Positions 44,475 through 53,458 of a DNA stretch of 64,000 bases are shown here, in pieces. A program made the translations under genes and the position numbers. Where the stretch lies: contig OX337232.1 in assembly GCA_946965045.2 (NCBI GenBank), positions 1,302,001 to 1,366,000 of the forward strand, in the 5' to 3' direction. This stretch comes from Epithemia pelagica (Eukaryota > Protista > Bacillariophyta). How positions within the stretch are numbered: the first letter of the stretch is position 1; every line of letters starts with the position of its first letter. The notes below the pieces were generated by a model that was not told where the DNA came from, did no database searches, and worked only from the letters and a program-made list of their open reading frames with translations.

Positions 44475-46634
44475 ATGTCTTCCGAACCTCGTGTGGACGA
44501 CCATTCCAGTACACGACAACGATCTCGAAGGCCACGAACTGCTACATCACGTTCTGGAACCACCACTGCTGCGGTAGCGTCCTTGTTATCGTCCGATCAC
44601 ACCCCCACTTCTTCCCCAACCACTGTGGGAAGTTCTTCCAGGGCACCACCTCATCCGAAACGCCGTTTCTCAGAGGCCTTTTCAGATGACTCGACGTCGT
44701 CATCATCAACATCCTTTTATTCAGATGAAGAAGAAGTTGTATCTTCACAAGAGAACGATCCAAAGCAGCGCCATTCTTCAACAAAAACGGACAAGAACAA
44801 ACACAAAAACGCTTCTTCGTGCAAATCCAAAAGGAAACGCAAAAGACTCAAGTCATCATCCAAAAGCCGTAAAAAGCTTGACGATGAGTCCGAATCCTCC
44901 TCTTCCTCCTGCAAGAGTAGTTGCAGTGCGAGTAGTAGTGGCAGCAGTGTGTGCAGCTCGACCATTGATGACTGCTGTATCTGCATGAGTAAACCAGGAT
45001 ACCGGGAAGTTTCCAGCCTTGATGGATGCAGTCATCAATACTGTTTCACGTGCATCGCGAAGTGGGCGGAAACAGAGAACACATGCCCACTTTGTAAGAA
45101 ACGATTCACCAAGATAGCGAGAGTAAATCCTCTGACACCTCAACGAGACAGTCACCAACCTGGAACAGCGACAACAAGTTCGAATACTGCAGGAGCAACC
45201 CCTTATGACACTTCCTCCAATAGCATTCAAGTTGAAAACCGGAATCAACATCGACCTGCCGTTCGAGGAGGAAGTGGTCCACCAGGCTGGCTTGATGGCA
45301 TTGGTTCAGGCATTACTGGAGGTGGTGTCGATGAAGACGATAACAATGCTGTGGCTTCCGCCGTTGGTCTTGCTTTATCCTTGCTTCACTATATGGACGG
45401 CGGAGAAAGCGATGAAGAAGCAGGAATGCTTTCTCTTCAGGAAGAACTCATGCGACATTTACGTCGTGGAGAGCAACAGCAAGAAGAAGAACGTCGTCAA
45501 CGCACTTCTTCCACGAACGCTGTGTCTCGCCGTGGTGCGAACCAGAGCACGCATCATCACCGGAACCACAACATGCTCCTCCATCCAGAACCTTCCGATT
45601 CCTCTCAGGCTCATTCACCACGGTCGCTACAGTCCCATCTCTCTCCTTCCTCTCAGCGGCCGGGAGAAGGGGCGGCCTCGGCGACAACGATTGTCGTCGG
45701 CGGAGGCCTCCGCGCTCGACAAGACACTACCTCAAGTTCGAATCATCCAGATTCTCAGCCGTTTTATCCGCATCATGGCTCTCCCAGTGCTACTACTGGT
45801 GGGATGACGAATGATATCCGTTTTCTGCGTGGACCTGGCAGCGTGAACTCGAGTGGCGCTTTCCTTACTGCGGACCTTGCCGTTGCTGCAGCAGCAGCTT
45901 CGGCTGTTCAAGTGAGTAATTACATGGTGGCTCGACAGCTTCACGAAGAACATGGCCTTTCCCCACTCGTTGCGTCTTCCATTGCAGCAGCGACGCATGG
46001 TAGTGGCATTCCGGTAATTGCGTCTCATCATTCCACCACAGCTGCGCTGGTCCAGTACCCCACTGCTCCCTCCTTCTTACCCCCCGTGAACGTACCAACG
46101 GCACGCGAGGCCATGTTGTCGCAGTATGCCCTTGTGGATGATCTCCACAATGCGGCAGTGGCCCATCCAAGCGCCATGTCTCCGTTCCATAGTCACGGTA
46201 CCACTGCAATGCATGGTCAAGCAGCTCCGAGTTTACTTTCCGGATCGTTCCGTTCCGGGGGTACACTAATTCCTCCAGCGGCCACAGGAAGTATTGCTGC
46301 GCCAACCGTCAACCCTGCTGCTTCATATCCGTTTACCAGCGGGACTAGTATGACGACATCCTTGGTTCCTCAACCACAGATGATGACGAACCTTCATCCA
46401 AGCGTGGCAAGTCCGCCCCATGTTGGTCCAGCGTCTTCGTTGATTTCACAAGTAATGAATTCGGCGTCACCGCCGTCTTCTTTGGCAGGTTCCCCCATGA
46501 ATCCGCCTGCCACCGCAGCGGCCTCGGTGGGACAACCAACTCCTCCTCCCCAACAGCTGGGGCATTACCACTTACTACCCTCTGGAGAATGGGTGATGGG
46601 GTCCTCTGTACAATACCCAAACGGAAACTTTTAA
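44475..46634 (+). CDS. C3HC4 RING-finger protein (paralog of 30603-31586), 719 aa
   Basis: CCICMS...GCSHQYCFTCIAKWAETENTCPLCKKRF. The ATG is in a GCCACCATG context, and the C-terminus is long and low-complexity. Confidence 0.85.
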   Translation: MSSEPRVDDHSSTRQRSRRPRTATSRSGTTTAAVASLLSSDHTPTSSPTTVGSSSRAPPHPKRRFSEAFSDDSTSSSSTSFYSDEEEVVSSQENDPKQRHSSTKTDKNKHKNASSCKSKRKRKRLKSSSKSRKKLDDESESSSSSCKSSCSASSSGSSVCSSTIDDCCICMSKPGYREVSSLDGCSHQYCFTCIAKWAETENTCPLCKKRFTKIARVNPLTPQRDSHQPGTATTSSNTAGATPYDTSSNSIQVENRNQHRPAVRGGSGPPGWLDGIGSGITGGGVDEDDNNAVASAVGLALSLLHYMDGGESDEEAGMLSLQEELMRHLRRGEQQQEEERRQRTSSTNAVSRRGANQSTHHHRNHNMLLHPEPSDSSQAHSPRSLQSHLSPSSQRPGEGAASATTIVVGGGLRARQDTTSSSNHPDSQPFYPHHGSPSATTGGMTNDIRFLRGPGSVNSSGAFLTADLAVAAAAASAVQVSNYMVARQLHEEHGLSPLVASSIAAATHGSGIPVIASHHSTTAALVQYPTAPSFLPPVNVPTAREAMLSQYALVDDLHNAAVAHPSAMSPFHSHGTTAMHGQAAPSLLSGSFRSGGTLIPPAATGSIAAPTVNPAASYPFTSGTSMTTSLVPQPQMMTNLHPSVASPPHVGPASSLISQVMNSASPPSSLAGSPMNPPATAAASVGQPTPPPQQLGHYHLLPSGEWVMGSSVQYPNGNF

Positions 46635-47397
46635 AGTTGCAGTCTCTCTCTCATATTTTCCGAACGTGAAGCACTGCATCAGTTTCGGTCTCTCTCATGT
46701 TTTACGGGACGTGCAGCATTGCATCAAAATATACAGCTCTCTATCGCAAGGGTCGTAACCGGGTTTCACTGGATATCGAATCGCTGGAGATGAGATAAAA
46801 CTATGGGCCATATTTTCGGCTTGAAAAGGTAGGGAGCACGTTCACGAAAAGGAAAGAAGCTTCAAAGATGATTCGGAATGCTGAAATGGTATTATGCGTT
46901 GGAAGTTGGTCTAATAGAGAACACTAAGGACCGTGTGCATTCGGGATTCAGGATACTCCCTCTCTTATTTCTAAAAACATGCAGTACATTTAACTTTTCT
47001 CGAAACCCTTTCCTCTCCACAATAAATCAATATTAATAATAAAGATACAAACAAAGAACAGAGAAGCGCACCCTGACTCTCCCACGCCTTATCTAACTTC
47101 GAGTTCATGTTTCGTAGATCTAACGAGCCGCTGTTGACGAACCCTCAAATGAGACTCGTTGGGAAGAACGTGTAACATGAGAGAGAATGAGTTCCACAGG
47201 GTCAAAGTCTAGGTCAATGTTGCAACATCATCACGCAGTGTGATCTTCGAGGAGAGACCTGAAACCAGATCAAGAGAGGATAAGTACGTGTCGATCAGCG
47301 ATCAGCCAGGACGCGTAAAGTACACCCCGCTATGGTGCGCCCTGCAATGTCTCTTCTTCCATTCGACAAAGGCCAGATGCTGGAAGGCTAAAGGCGC

Positions 47398-49344
47398 TCA
47401 TCCCATACGAGTCGTATTTGGCTTCGTTGCCACAAACTCTGATGATGACGCTCCCGGCAAGGACGCTGGATCCGGACCGCTTGTACCAGCAATTCCGTGA
47501 TCAATGTTTCTCCAAGCCAGTGGGAACTCACGAGCGAAATGAGATCCACTAATGGGCCAATATTCTCGCATTCGGTACTTCTTCTCGGCCAGGGCGTAAT
47601 AATAAGAGTTAACAATACCATGTGCAAACCCTGGTCGTTTGTGCAAATCACTGTCGTATCCCCGTAATCGATTGATATAACCGGTAAATGTACTGAACCA
47701 GCATCCAAAAAACGTACGTGATCTTGACGCCACCAATTGATCCAGCATACCATAAAAATTGGGACTCAGACCTTTTATTTCTTCGGTAAAGTCACTCAAG
47801 TACAACATATCGTAATGCTCAGCCAATGGAGCAAAGAACGCTTTGTCACGAACCTCATCAGTCGCCATATAGACCGTGGTTCCCTCTGGTATTTCCTCTT
47901 TGGCAATCTCGTACATTTCCTGAGCCGATACACGCGTTTTCTTGTACTGAAAATCACCTCGTCGCACATGAAAGGCATCAAATGGGGTATTCTCCGGTGT
48001 TACTGGTTCTTCACTCGTTGTTGGTGTCTTGGAAGATGAACCCTGCCTTTGACGAACATGCTTTCGAATGGCTTGAACAATGCGCGCAGCTGCACACTGT
48101 ATTTCATTCTTATATCGTACATGATCTCGTACAAATCGCTTCATCCACAAATCTGTCTTCCAGTCTTCAAAGAACAAAAAGGTGTAGAAATGAGTGAGCA
48201 GGCGTCCTCCAGAGAAGCCTTTTTTACCTGCAAAATGCAAGACTTCTTGTTCTTGCAGTTTGGTATCGTACAAACACAACTGTGATCCTCGTTGTGCATT
48301 TTGCTGTTCCTTCCATCGTTCCTTGGTGGAAGCATGGACGGATGTCGGATTTCCAATGTAGTCTTCAAAGGGTGGAAAACCTCCATCGGTCACCGATATT
48401 TCTTGAAACAAATTTGTGAGAGTTGTATCGTTTTTTGGCTGTGCGGGGAAGGCGGCCATACACTTCATGGTATCCCAGCTTTCGGGTGTACCGCCAATCT
48501 CGCGCAAATATGGCTCCAATAAGTTTTCATTGTCCCCTCGCCCATCCCATTTCGAAATATTTCCTGGTGGAAACAAGACTTTTCCAGTAGTCGTCGATTT
48601 CAAATGACCTTTCAAGGCTCGTTGGAGAAGGAACTCCTCCATGGTTATGATTTGCAGACCGTGAACATGACGTGCCATTTCATGGATTGGAAAGAAATCT
48701 TGAAACCCAAACGGACGGTATCTTCCGCGATTACCAGACTTGGGGTCTGTTTCGGCCTTGTCTAGCAAATACATTGGTTGATCAGGAGGTAGAACCAGAA
48801 TCCGACCCATGGCAATTGCTAGAGCCATGACTGTTTCCATAGCCATCCGAATGTTGTTGAATCCTCCATGATCTGGCTCAAACGTGATGAATTTGGGATT
48901 ATCAGGATCGTAAAAAGGAGATATGTAAGCTTCATCTTCAGCGATATCTTGCCAATAAACCATTTCTTGCGTCTCTTCGACACGCATGGGGCCTCCAAAA
49001 TCTTTACACTGCAAATGTCCAAAATGTTTCCCTGTCGCAGAGTTTTTCCATGCCGGATTCTCAATACCAGCACCACCAAACAACGCCTGATCCAGACTGT
49101 CAAGCTCTTTGGGAGGAGGAGGTATCTCTGACATGGCGTTGAGTGATTCTTGAGGAAGATTATTGCCTGGACTGTCATGTTTGTATTGCGTCAAGAGGAA
49201 TGATCCATGGAAAAACGATGCTACCAAGGTGGCAATACAGCAACATCCCAGGAAAAATGCCACTGTTGAAAAACGGAGAGAATGGCCACGCTGTCGCCTC
49301 GGGCTGCCGCTAGAGGTTACCAATGGTCTCTTATTGACGACCAT
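47398..49344 (-). CDS. GDP-fucose O-fucosyltransferase family protein (GT-B, POFUT-like), type II membrane; paralog A
   Basis: FEPDHGGFNNIRMAMET, HVRRGDF, YMATDE and DQLVASRSRTFFGCWFSTFTGYINRLRG, with an N-terminal TM. Alternative start at 49404. Confidence 0.88.
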   Translation of the reverse strand: MVVNKRPLVTSSGSPRRQRGHSLRFSTVAFFLGCCCIATLVASFFHGSFLLTQYKHDSPGNNLPQESLNAMSEIPPPPKELDSLDQALFGGAGIENPAWKNSATGKHFGHLQCKDFGGPMRVEETQEMVYWQDIAEDEAYISPFYDPDNPKFITFEPDHGGFNNIRMAMETVMALAIAMGRILVLPPDQPMYLLDKAETDPKSGNRGRYRPFGFQDFFPIHEMARHVHGLQIITMEEFLLQRALKGHLKSTTTGKVLFPPGNISKWDGRGDNENLLEPYLREIGGTPESWDTMKCMAAFPAQPKNDTTLTNLFQEISVTDGGFPPFEDYIGNPTSVHASTKERWKEQQNAQRGSQLCLYDTKLQEQEVLHFAGKKGFSGGRLLTHFYTFLFFEDWKTDLWMKRFVRDHVRYKNEIQCAAARIVQAIRKHVRQRQGSSSKTPTTSEEPVTPENTPFDAFHVRRGDFQYKKTRVSAQEMYEIAKEEIPEGTTVYMATDEVRDKAFFAPLAEHYDMLYLSDFTEEIKGLSPNFYGMLDQLVASRSRTFFGCWFSTFTGYINRLRGYDSDLHKRPGFAHGIVNSYYYALAEKKYRMREYWPISGSHFAREFPLAWRNIDHGIAGTSGPDPASLPGASSSEFVATKPNTTRMG

Positions 49345-49811
49345 CGCGTTAACACGAAAATTTCTGGTTATCCTTGAAAGCCCACAGTCATTTTGACGCG
49401 CCATAATTTTTGGCAAGCGGAAAAAGTGAGGGACATCACAAGAAAGCGCGACTTATAAGCGATCTTCTATACTTATCCTAAAAATGGTCACGATCGGCAG
49501 AAAACATCGGGAATTGGGATTTGGGATACATCAATAGATGCCACTCTTTGGGAGTATCCTAATCCTAAAAAGAAGAATATCCATGTAACTCATGTGACCA
49601 TTGAAGGAGGAGACCTAGGAGAACTCCAGCTTTAAGCGAACGTCGCTCAAATATAATCTGTATGTGTCTTGCAAAGCTTTCCCGGAGTTTCCCTTTCGTA
49701 TTTCTCGCCAAAAATGAGAAGACTCGTCCAAGCCTTACCATCAGCTCTGGCTGAGAAACACCGAGTCGAAAGCAGTACGTTTCTGCCACTGTCTGGATTC
49801 GCGCCGAGACA

Positions 49812-50648
49812 CTACGTAAGAGTGATTTTGTCTTTATCCGGCCATGCATTCTTGTTGGCTGTCAGTGTAGCAGTCATAACGACATGGCCATTCGATGCAT
49901 GCTCTCGAGCCAAGGCAAAGCTAGAGCGTAGGACATCAAATACTTGATTGCCATTTCCATCCAGCATGGAACAAAAATGTGTTTTCACCCCATCTTTCCA
50001 CACCGGCGATTGTTTGGCATGACCAATCACTTTGTAAATCACTGACATGTGATCTTCCATTCCCAATGGATAAATGGCAAATTGGGCTGCTATGCGAGAG
50101 GGTTGCTGCTGCGCAACTTGAAGCATTTCGTCCGTTGCTGTCCGTTCGGGCAAGGATGAGAATTGATCCAAGTCTTCTCCAGGACAACCTGCTGAAAATG
50201 TACATTGCATAGAAACATGACGAGGAGGACAATCCACCATTTGTTTGCCTTTATTCTCGGGCACGGCGACAACAGCTGCTCGGGCAAATGCAATGCGTAC
50301 CGCTTCAAACAAGGCCGGTTCTGGCCCAAGCAACACACTGGAAACATCATCGGGTTGCACCCTCAGACCCAAGTCCGGGATTCCCGAGACGGCTGTCTTG
50401 ACCGCTTCTTTCAACGAAGGAGGAGAAGGCGTGCCCTCGTCACCCTTCGCTTCCAGATTGGTACCGTCCAAAGCCACATTGGGATAGAGGGAAAAACGTA
50501 CTCCAGTAAATGACGTCACCGTCGTAGGTCCGATCCCTCCGCGAGGGTCGGGTTCTGAGAATGCTGATTCAATGCCATCGAGTAGGAATCCACAGAGCAC
50601 AAGCAGGGAGAGCCCCCAAACGACCAAGATATGCGTTGACATTGCCAT
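49812..50648 (-). CDS. YkoF-like thiamine/HMP-binding protein (two ferredoxin-like repeats) with N-terminal signal peptide, 278 aa
   Basis: The repeats begin GVRFSLYP and AAQFAIYPLG. Also has DDVSSVLLG, HVSMQCTFSAGCPGE, HFCSMLDG...VFDVL and HVVMTATLTAN. Hydrophobic leader MAMSTHILVVWGLSLLVLCGFLLDGIESA|F. Confidence 0.78.
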   Translation of the reverse strand: MAMSTHILVVWGLSLLVLCGFLLDGIESAFSEPDPRGGIGPTTVTSFTGVRFSLYPNVALDGTNLEAKGDEGTPSPPSLKEAVKTAVSGIPDLGLRVQPDDVSSVLLGPEPALFEAVRIAFARAAVVAVPENKGKQMVDCPPRHVSMQCTFSAGCPGEDLDQFSSLPERTATDEMLQVAQQQPSRIAAQFAIYPLGMEDHMSVIYKVIGHAKQSPVWKDGVKTHFCSMLDGNGNQVFDVLRSSFALAREHASNGHVVMTATLTANKNAWPDKDKITLT

Positions 50649-50839
50649 ATGACCGAAGGCTCATCGGTTGGTCGTTGCCGCGATTGCTGATGACCCAGCA
50701 ACCCGAGAAAAATGATCACGACTTGGGGGTCGTCAGTCGCAAAGATGATCCCATTTTAAAAGGGGTGAAAGTGGGGTCTACCCCCTTTAACGAGATGGAT
50801 CATTTTTCACATCGCATCATTGGAGATTGGAGATCAACG

Positions 50840-52915
50840 ATGTCGGACAAGGCAGATATCCAAAGACCAGGTGATTCTGCCACGGCGAAGAAAGGGAAAC
50901 AGAAACACCTCTTGTCCCTCTATTTCATTTACGTTGTATGTGGCTTTGCTGCTGTTTCGCTTTTCCTTTCGTTTTCTGCCGGCGATCAACTTCCTGGCCA
51001 TGAATCGCACAGTGCTTCGACTGGCCGAGGGTTTCATCATAACTCTATTCTAGCTCAAAGCAAAGTGAGTCTCAGTGCATTGAAGAAAAACCGGAATAAT
51101 AAGCGGCAACAGAAAAAAGGCGCAAAACTAGATGAGGTCACACCACCACAAAAACGGAATGTGAAAAGAGAACCTGAATTCGATGGAGAAGAAGAACTAC
51201 AACACCAAAACCAGCCGCCCGAATCGGAAGAGCAGGATGAGACACCCGAATCTGAATCTTCTAAACCTTCTCCCTTGGCGGGATTGTCATGCGCTGATCA
51301 CGGAGGACCTTTGGACTCTTTGGCGCAAGAAATGGTCTATTGGGAAGACATTCCTTCCGACAATCGACATGTATCACCCTTCTACGCTCCCGAACGATAC
51401 TTGACTTTTGAACCTGATCATGGTGGGTTCAACAATATTAGAATGGCAATGGAAACTGTCGTAGCCCTGGCCTATGCAATGGGACGAACATTGGTCTTGC
51501 CACCGGCACAATCCATGTATTTGCTGGGGAAGGTACAACCAGGACAATCCTCAACACCAAAGTTTTCTTTTGCGCACTTTTTTGATATGCCTGCGATTCA
51601 TGCCGAACACAATGGATTGGATATCATCACGACTGATGAGTTCATTAAACGCCAAATCGATACTTCCGAAAGATCGGGTAGTACCGTCTTACAAAAGCTG
51701 GTAGCCAAGAAGCAACGGACGAATTATGATGGGGATGAAAACACATGGTACCACATTCTACGGGGACATGCTCGTAGTCTGATTTGGGACCCAAGCCAAT
51801 GCTTTGCGTACTTTCCGGCCTTGGCCCATCACGATACCAAACGAGTAAAAGAACTCTATCGGGAGGTTGTCACGAAAACCCTACAAAACGCGCAAGATCT
51901 TCACCTCGGCCATGAAGTATGGAATCAGTTTATTGGGAAACCGCCACCACTGAACGCATCAGAAGCGTATCGTCTGGGCGAATTCTATAATCATCGAAAG
52001 CACTTGTGCCTCTACGACTCAAAATTGCAAGATGAACCCGTATTACATTTCCCGGCGGCGCTTGGAAAGTCTCCAGTCGACCGTAAAATGATTCAAGAGA
52101 ACAACGAGAAAGACAAAGATGATGAGGAGGAAGCCGTTGATCGTTCCAAATGGGACCCCCGACTACTTGTTCATTTTTATGCGTTTTTGTTTTTTGCCGA
52201 TTACCACCAGGATTTGTGGATGAAGCGTTTTGTTCGCGACCATGTAAGATATACAGACGAGATCCAGTGCGCCGCTGCTCGTGTGGTGGCTGAGCTGCGT
52301 CGGCAAGTACGAACAGTCCATGGTCGATCCGATGGGTTGTTTCATTCCATGCATATCCGTCGAGGCGATTTTCAATTCAAGGAGACGCGGATATCGGCCG
52401 AAGAAATGTTGGTAAAAACCAAGCTCCATTTCAAAGATGGTGATATTGTCTTTGTGGCCACTGATCATCACGAAAAAGAGTTTTTCAAACCGTTGGAGGA
52501 CCACTATGAACTCTATTTCTTGGACGACTTTATTGCTTCATCCAAAGGAAAAAGCAGGAATGTTACGGCCGTTCTGGGTCCTGAAGTGAACTCCAATTAT
52601 TACGGTATGATTGATCAATTGGTAGCCTCACGCGGGAAAATATTCTATGGGTGTTGGTTCAGTACCTTTACAGGATATATCAATCGACTACGTGGGTATC
52701 ACTCACAAAAGAACAAGGAACCAGGGTACGAAGATGGAAAAATCATGACGTCCTTCTATTATGCTCTTCCGGATCGGCTCAATCACATGCTTACATACTA
52801 TCCGGTGAAGCAAGCGTTTTACGCCAGAGAGTTTCCAACCGCGTGGCGTCTGATCGACCAAGATTTGCATCCATCGGCCATACAACCCGGCAGCATCTCA
52901 AAAAGCTCTCTCTAG
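50840..52915 (+). CDS. GDP-fucose O-fucosyltransferase family protein; paralog B
   Basis: FEPDHGGFNNIRMAMET, HIRRGDF, FVATDH and DQLVASRG...WFSTFTGYINRLRG, with an N-terminal TM. ATG 50840 is in frame; an upstream in-frame ATG is also possible. Confidence 0.88.
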   Translation: MSDKADIQRPGDSATAKKGKQKHLLSLYFIYVVCGFAAVSLFLSFSAGDQLPGHESHSASTGRGFHHNSILAQSKVSLSALKKNRNNKRQQKKGAKLDEVTPPQKRNVKREPEFDGEEELQHQNQPPESEEQDETPESESSKPSPLAGLSCADHGGPLDSLAQEMVYWEDIPSDNRHVSPFYAPERYLTFEPDHGGFNNIRMAMETVVALAYAMGRTLVLPPAQSMYLLGKVQPGQSSTPKFSFAHFFDMPAIHAEHNGLDIITTDEFIKRQIDTSERSGSTVLQKLVAKKQRTNYDGDENTWYHILRGHARSLIWDPSQCFAYFPALAHHDTKRVKELYREVVTKTLQNAQDLHLGHEVWNQFIGKPPPLNASEAYRLGEFYNHRKHLCLYDSKLQDEPVLHFPAALGKSPVDRKMIQENNEKDKDDEEEAVDRSKWDPRLLVHFYAFLFFADYHQDLWMKRFVRDHVRYTDEIQCAAARVVAELRRQVRTVHGRSDGLFHSMHIRRGDFQFKETRISAEEMLVKTKLHFKDGDIVFVATDHHEKEFFKPLEDHYELYFLDDFIASSKGKSRNVTAVLGPEVNSNYYGMIDQLVASRGKIFYGCWFSTFTGYINRLRGYHSQKNKEPGYEDGKIMTSFYYALPDRLNHMLTYYPVKQAFYAREFPTAWRLIDQDLHPSAIQPGSISKSSL

Positions 52916-53458
52916 AGATCATTCCATAGTTATCAGACTTCATAATATTTTATTTCCTAAATGATATGGGATTGCATGATGGCTTCGTACTAAAACAATG
53001 CTTCATGGTTCGTCCCTACCCGTTTGGATGGTCCCCCACTACGGAGATTGAATTAATTGTGAGGGCTTTTGTATTTGTGGGGGAATTGGCGCCGGCGGCC
53101 GCTTGAGTATTTAGGTGGGGGAATGGATGATGGAAGTTATTATTTAGCTGGTAAGGCAGGCGCGATGCATCATTTTTTCTCTCTCATTGGATACCATTAC
53201 TCATTGCGTGCCAAGGACGTGTGTGCCAACAGAACAAATAATACGAATACCATCCTCACAATCAGCCAACAAACGTCGAAGGTGTCCCGTCACCAAAGCT
53301 TCATCGACCAGATTCGCAAGATTCAAGAATTCATCACCACATCTTGTTGCTATCAAAGCGGTTCCCTTCGAATAGCCATTCTCAATACGTCGTTAGACAA
53401 AGAATCGCTGGCAATCATACACAAATAAGCTATCTTCCTGAACACCTGAGATTGAGAC

